DNA of 64,000 nucleotides from Ilumatobacter sp. (GTDB lineage Bacteria > Actinomycetota > Acidimicrobiia > Acidimicrobiales > Ilumatobacteraceae). This document shows, piece by piece, positions 60,090-64,000 of this stretch. The notes under the pieces were generated by a model. It was not told the origin of the DNA and did not search any database. It saw nothing but the letters and a program-made list of their open reading frames with translations. The first letter of the stretch is position 1. Every line of letters starts with the position of its first letter. Location: the NCBI RefSeq assembly GCF_041688325.1, contig NZ_JBDNIJ010000042.1, forward strand, positions 4,003-68,002, read 5' to 3'. The translations under genes and the position numbers were made by a program.

Positions 60090-60899
60090 TCAGCGGGACC
60101 AGGCGTGCTGTTCGCGGTAGCGCCCGACGCTGAGCGGAGTGCTGCGCTGCCGTCGCCGGCGCAGGCTCGCGGTTCCCAGCATGATGGCCACGCCAATCAC
60201 AATCGAGGCGATGCCGATGAGCAGTGTGCTGCTGAGCGACTTGTTGGCCAGACGCGGGAAGACTCCCATCCAGGTGCTTTCCGACAGCCCAGCGAGGGGC
60301 CCGGCCGGAACCAGGTAACCGAGGATGATCACGCCGACTCCGGCGACGCCGAGTCCGACGGCAAGGGCAAAAGTCAATTCGCCTCGCTCGGGTCGTGTCA
60401 GGAAGCCGGCGATGAACAGCAGGAGTGCGCCGGCAGCAGAGACCAGCATGATCCAACGCGTCGCGGTGTTGATGAACGACAGTGATCCCACGATCGGGAC
60501 GGGCAGGGTCAGGTCGGGGGAGATGGCAGCGCGTTCGTCGCGCACGATCATGTATTGCTCAGCCGGTGTGATGATGACAGGTGCGTCGTTCTCGCCGATG
60601 AGCCGGGCGTGGGCGTCGCTGACGAATCCACCCATGAGTGCGGCTCCGTCGTTGAGGCGCGAGATCTGCTCGACAAATTCTTTGAGCTGGGCGGTAGAGA
60701 CACCGAGCGGCGCAGCGTCAGCGCTGGCGATCAGGGTGGCGACGTCGCTGCGGATGTCGGCGTCACCGAGGATCGCGTAGGAGACGGAGGCGTCTGAAGA
60801 GGGCGAGAACGCTACGTGTTGAAACCACCACGTGCTGATCGAGACTGCCATCAGGACGCAGGAAACCAGGAGCAGGAGTCCTGCGAGAGATCGACGCAC
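60090..60899 (-). CDS. hypothetical integral membrane protein
   Basis: N-terminal anchor RRSLAGLLLLVSCVLMAV, a soluble middle part and three C-terminal TM helices. GTG 60899 is chosen because the upstream part of the 412-aa track ORF looks non-coding. Confidence 0.5.
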   Translation of the reverse strand: MRRSLAGLLLLVSCVLMAVSISTWWFQHVAFSPSSDASVSYAILGDADIRSDVATLIASADAAPLGVSTAQLKEFVEQISRLNDGAALMGGFVSDAHARLIGENDAPVIITPAEQYMIVRDERAAISPDLTLPVPIVGSLSFINTATRWIMLVSAAGALLLFIAGFLTRPERGELTFALAVGLGVAGVGVIILGYLVPAGPLAGLSESTWMGVFPRLANKSLSSTLLIGIASIVIGVAIMLGTASLRRRRQRSTPLSVGRYREQHAWSR

Positions 60900-60992
60900 C
60901 AGGAGAGTCTTGCAAATCTGTGACCACTTGCACGACTGCTCGATGGAATCAGTCACGCTGGCGGTTGTCGAGACCCTCCGTAACCTGATGGC

Positions 60993-61421
60993 GTGAATCG
61001 TTCTGGAATGGTCCGCATGCTCGCCCGGGGAGCCCTTCGCAGGTGTCCGCGCTGCAACGGCAAAGGTGCATTTTTCACCGGATGGTTTGAGAAGGCGCCC
61101 CATTGCCAAACCTGCGGACTGCGTTGGCGGCGGGGTGACGTGGGTTTCGAACTTGGTGCTGCAGCGATGGCCGCCGTGATCAACCTCGGTCCGTTGCTCC
61201 TGGTGCTTGGTGTCGCCATCGTTGTCTCCTGGCCATCGATTCCGGTGGTGCCGCTTCTGATTTTCTTCATCCCGTCGGCGCTCGTGTTGCCACTTTTGAC
61301 GTATCCGTTGTCCTACACGGTGTGGCAAGCGCTTGATCTGGCAATGCGCCCGGTGCAGCCAGATGACTTTGACGTCGAGTTCATCGTCCGCGATGTGCTG
61401 CCGACCGACCTCGATAACTGA
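60993..61421 (+). CDS. DUF983-like zinc-ribbon membrane protein
   Basis: CPRCNGKGAFFTGWFEKAPHCQTCGL followed by two TM helices. Confidence 0.6.
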   Translation: MNRSGMVRMLARGALRRCPRCNGKGAFFTGWFEKAPHCQTCGLRWRRGDVGFELGAAAMAAVINLGPLLLVLGVAIVVSWPSIPVVPLLIFFIPSALVLPLLTYPLSYTVWQALDLAMRPVQPDDFDVEFIVRDVLPTDLDN

Positions 61422-61497
61422 CGTTCTCCGGCGCTGTGCGGGTGCCGTACGAGGGGTCTCGAATATTTCTTGACTGTTCGAACGGTTGGTCCTTGCC

Positions 61498-61511
61498 CGA
61501 ACAGTCGTTCG
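61498..61511. promoter_or_regulatory. LexA (SOS) box upstream of recA
   Basis: CGAACAGTCGTTCG matches the Gram-positive/actinobacterial GAAC-N4-GTTC (TCGAAC-N4-GTTCGA) consensus. It lies between a possible -35 TTGCCC (61493) and -10 TACACT (61517). Confidence 0.65.
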
Positions 61512-61538
61512 TTGGTTACACTGCTGTTATTCCAACAA

Positions 61539-61598
61539 CGAGTTCGTCATCGAGTTCGTCATCGAGTTCAACAACGAGTTCAACAACGAGTTGCTCAG
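61539..61598 (+). repeat. 12-nt period tandem array (CGAGTTC-N5, 5 units) in the recA leader
   Basis: CGAGTTCGTCAT x2, CGAGTTCAACAA x2, CGAGTTGCTCAG x1. Confidence 0.9.
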
Positions 61599-61745
61599 TC
61601 GCAGAGCAGGCGCACGAAACAGCTCTTCGATCAACTCTGTGACACCCCATCTTTATGGTGACAAGCAACAAGTCATTCGGGCACTGTCAATCGGCAATGA
61701 GCCCCGCCACCGCCGAGAACGGCACAACGAAAGAGAGACGGAACC

Positions 61746-62837
61746 ATGGCAGCAGGAACCAACAAGGAACAAAGCAAGGCCCTCGAGATGGCACTCGCTC
61801 AGATCGACAAGCAGTTCGGTGTTGGTGCTGTCATGAAGATGGGCGAACGCACCAACATGGCGATCGAGGTCGTGTCGACAGGTGCGTTGGCGCTCGACCT
61901 TGCACTCGGAGTCGGGGGGCTGCCGCGTGGCCGCGTCACCGAAATCTTTGGTCCGGAGTCATCGGGTAAGTCGACGCTCGCCATGCACGTGGTCGCCGAA
62001 GCGCAGCGCAACGGCGGCGTGTGTGCCTACATCGACGCTGAGCACGCGATGGATCCGATCTACGCCGCGGCCATTGGTGTCGACGTCGATCAACTGCTCA
62101 TCTCGCAGCCGGACACCGGTGAGCAGGCGCTCGAGATCTGCGACATGCTGACCCGCTCCGGAGCGATCGATGTGATTGTCATCGACTCGGTCGCAGCGCT
62201 GACACCTCGTGCCGAGATCGAAGGCGAAATGGGCGACATGCATGTCGGTCTGCAGGCTCGTCTGATGAGCCAGGCCCTCCGCAAGCTCACTGGCAACCTG
62301 AGTAAGACGAAGACGATCTGTATCTTCATCAACCAGTTGCGCGAGAAGATTGGCGTCATGTTCGGTTCGCCCGAAACCACCCCCGGTGGCCGCGCGCTGA
62401 AGTTTTACTCGTCGGTTCGGCTCGACATCCGTCGCATCGAAGCGCTGAAGGACGGCACTGACATCGTTGGTAACCGCACCCGTGTCAAGGTCGTCAAGAA
62501 TAAGGTGGCGCCGCCGTTCCGCCAGGCCGAGTTCGACATCATGTACGGCAAGGGCATTAGCCGTGAAGGCTCCCTCGTCGATCTGTCCGTCGACTTGGCC
62601 ATTGTCAAGAAGTCTGGCGCCTGGTTCACCTACGAAGGTGAGCAGCTCGGCCAGGGTCGTGAAAAGGCCAAGGATTATCTCCGCAGCAACCCCGAGATAA
62701 TGATGGAAATCAGCGACAAGGTCCTCATTGCCAGCGGTCTGAAGGAAGATCCCAATGCCCCGGTCATCGTCGACGACGCCGAAGTAACAGAGGATGCCTT
62801 TACCGCAGCCGACGATCAGCCGATCAGACTCGACTGA
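61746..62837 (+). CDS. recA: recombinase RecA
   Basis: 363 aa. Walker [19 protein letters not shown]-like IDAEHAMDP, and the L2 region. Confidence 0.98.
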   Translation: MAAGTNKEQSKALEMALAQIDKQFGVGAVMKMGERTNMAIEVVSTGALALDLALGVGGLPRGRVTEIFGPESSGKSTLAMHVVAEAQRNGGVCAYIDAEHAMDPIYAAAIGVDVDQLLISQPDTGEQALEICDMLTRSGAIDVIVIDSVAALTPRAEIEGEMGDMHVGLQARLMSQALRKLTGNLSKTKTICIFINQLREKIGVMFGSPETTPGGRALKFYSSVRLDIRRIEALKDGTDIVGNRTRVKVVKNKVAPPFRQAEFDIMYGKGISREGSLVDLSVDLAIVKKSGAWFTYEGEQLGQGREKAKDYLRSNPEIMMEISDKVLIASGLKEDPNAPVIVDDAEVTEDAFTAADDQPIRLD

Positions 62838-62876
62838 TCAACTCGGTTTCCACATCATCGAGCGGCCGGATCGGCG

Positions 62877-62900
62877 GCACTGGTCGGGCCTGACCAGTGC
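62877..62900 (+). terminator. hairpin 40 nt after the recA stop
   Basis: GCACTGGTC-GGGCCT-GACCAGTGC. The following T-tract is weak. Confidence 0.4.
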
Positions 62901-62952
62901 TCCATTCGGCCGCTCTCTGGCGTTTTCAGGCCGTGCTGCATCGCCAGTTGAG

Positions 62953-63018
62953 GCGGGCGGGTGATGGTGTGGGTGATGTGGCGGGTGATGTGGCGGGTGA
63001 TGGGGCGGGTGATGAGGA
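62953..63018. repeat. 12-bp tandem repeat (GGGTGATGNGGC, 5 units)
   Basis: GGGTGATG cores at 62959, 62971, 62983, 62995 and 63007. G-run rich on the + strand. Confidence 0.9.
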
Positions 63019-63048
63019 TGTCGGACTCCCGCATCCGACATCCTCATC
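63011..63048. terminator. 15-bp perfect hairpin between convergent recA and the amidohydrolase gene
   Basis: GATGAGGATGTCGGA-CTCCCGCA-TCCGACATCCTCATC. Confidence 0.6.
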
Positions 63049-63070
63049 TGAGTGGTGAGCTGGACGGCTG

Positions 63071-64000
63071 TCAGAACTCGATGGAGTAGATGCGAGCTGC
63101 AGTTCCGGAGAACATCTCGTCTTGTTCGGCGTCGCTGAACTGGGCAGCAATTTTCTTCAGGCCGTTGTAGAGGACCGGGAACGAGAGTGAGAAGCGGTCG
63201 ACGGGGAAATTGCTCTCGAACATGCACCGCCCGGGGCCGAATGCCTCGATCGTGTGCAGGTAGTACCGGCCCTGTGCCTCGACGAATTCGTCGGACGTCG
63301 GGGGAGCGGCGGCGAGGTGGTAGCCGAAGCCGTTGTCGGGCATGGCGAGCCCGCCGATCTTGGCCACGACGTTGTCGCAGGCAGCGAGTGCCGTGATGTC
63401 GAGCTTCCACTGCTCGAAGATCTCGTCGCGCTTGCCTGCGTACTGGCCGACGCCGCATGGCGTACCAAAGTGGTCGAGCACCATCATCGTGTCTGGCGCG
63501 GACTTGGCGAGTGACAGCATCTGGTGGTTCTGATGGTGGTAGTGCCAGGTGTCGTAGGTGAGGCCCCGTTCGCCGAGGCGCTTAACGCCAGCGATGAAGG
63601 CCGGGTTTTCGAACTTGCCCTCTGGGTTGGCGGCCGGGATCATCATTGCTTCGGGTTCGGTGGCACGTGCGAGTGCGTCGCGGATGCCACGGAATCGACC
63701 CTTGCTGGCTTCGACGTGGGCATCAAGTACCTCGTCGAGGTGTGCAGCGTCAGCGAGGTCGGTGTGGCCGACGATTGCCGCGATCGGTGGGCTCGACGAC
63801 ACCTCGGCAGCGAGATACTCGGCGCTCTCGACGACAAACTCGGTTTCGCCGACAGGTTTCAGGTGGAGCGGACCATCGGTGCGGTAGGCCGAACTGCACT
63901 CCATGAAGATCGTGGCGACGACGTTGTGGCCGCTCGCAGTGTCGAACGCCAACTCGTTGGGTCCGTAGGGGAGCGCGCCGTCAGGACGCCACAGATGATG
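63071..64000 (-). CDS. amidohydrolase-2 (ACMSD/metal-dependent hydrolase) family protein, 5' end outside the window
   Basis: The frame stays open to the window edge. My translation upstream of the track start reads HHLWRPDGALPYGPNE, and HHxW is the N-terminal metal-binding motif of this family. The C-terminal part has the TIM-barrel amidohydrolase pattern. Confidence 0.7.
   Translation of the reverse strand, partial: HHLWRPDGALPYGPNELAFDTASGHNVVATIFMECSSAYRTDGPLHLKPVGETEFVVESAEYLAAEVSSSPPIAAIVGHTDLADAAHLDEVLDAHVEASKGRFRGIRDALARATEPEAMMIPAANPEGKFENPAFIAGVKRLGERGLTYDTWHYHHQNHQMLSLAKSAPDTMMVLDHFGTPCGVGQYAGKRDEIFEQWKLDITALAACDNVVAKIGGLAMPDNGFGYHLAAAPPTSDEFVEAQGRYYLHTIEAFGPGRCMFESNFPVDRFSLSFPVLYNGLKKIAAQFSDAEQDEMFSGTAARIYSIEF

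Noticed and set aside
59757-61421. A tRNA-adjacent genomic island or integrated element next to tRNA-His/tRNA-Lys.
   Set aside because: There is no integrase, no direct repeat of a tRNA 3' end, and no compositional shift. The flanking genes are ordinary membrane proteins and recA.
61486-61836. 116-aa + strand ORF across the recA leader (NNEFVIEFVIEFNNEFNNE...).
   Set aside because: It is a translation of the 12-nt tandem array and runs out of frame into recA. It has no start context and low complexity.
62838-63458. 206-aa - strand ORF containing HHPPHHPPHHPP repeats.
   Set aside because: The repeat peptide is just the translation of the 12-bp tandem array. The rest overlaps the real amidohydrolase gene in another frame.

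Overview
High-GC (about 60%) bacterial chromosome segment with actinobacterial-type gene order, almost entirely core housekeeping genes. On the + strand, in order: ArsR/SRPBCC pair, tig-clpP-clpX, folC, ndk, mreBCD-PBP2-rodA, RNase E, rplU-rpmA. On the - strand: pckG and rpmB. Back on +: yloV-recG, rsmD-coaD, yceD-rpmF-plsX-acpP-rnc-mutM-smc-ftsY-ffh-rpsP-KH-rimM-trmD-rplS-yraN. After yraN the conserved order breaks into a mixed block: MazF-like toxin/antitoxin pair, SulP permease, AddAB/AdnAB-type helicase-nuclease pair, GHMP kinase, GNAT, rpe, RNA methyltransferase, ECF sigma/anti-sigma pair, psuG, two flavodoxin-like oxidoreductases, TauE, a DUF2889-like gene, tRNA-His, tRNA-Lys, recA and a partial amidohydrolase. 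I saw no transposase, integrase, CRISPR array or rRNA. The most interesting signal is a small gene between rne and rplU. Its reading frame runs through one in-frame TGA that is followed by a hairpin closely resembling the E. coli fdhF SECIS element, so it is a candidate HesB/IscA-like selenoprotein that ORF callers would truncate. Other non-genic structure: a 29-47 nt perfect palindrome (core GGTCACACTGTGCCWGGCACAGTGTGACC) present three times just after stop codons; three separate 12-bp-period tandem arrays, two of them flanking recA; a G-run array upstream of smc; a 106-nt stem-loop with 19-bp perfect arms; and a triplicated 19-nt dyad motif at the rpe 3' end. All functional calls come from reading the translations and remembered family motifs. 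No database search was run.
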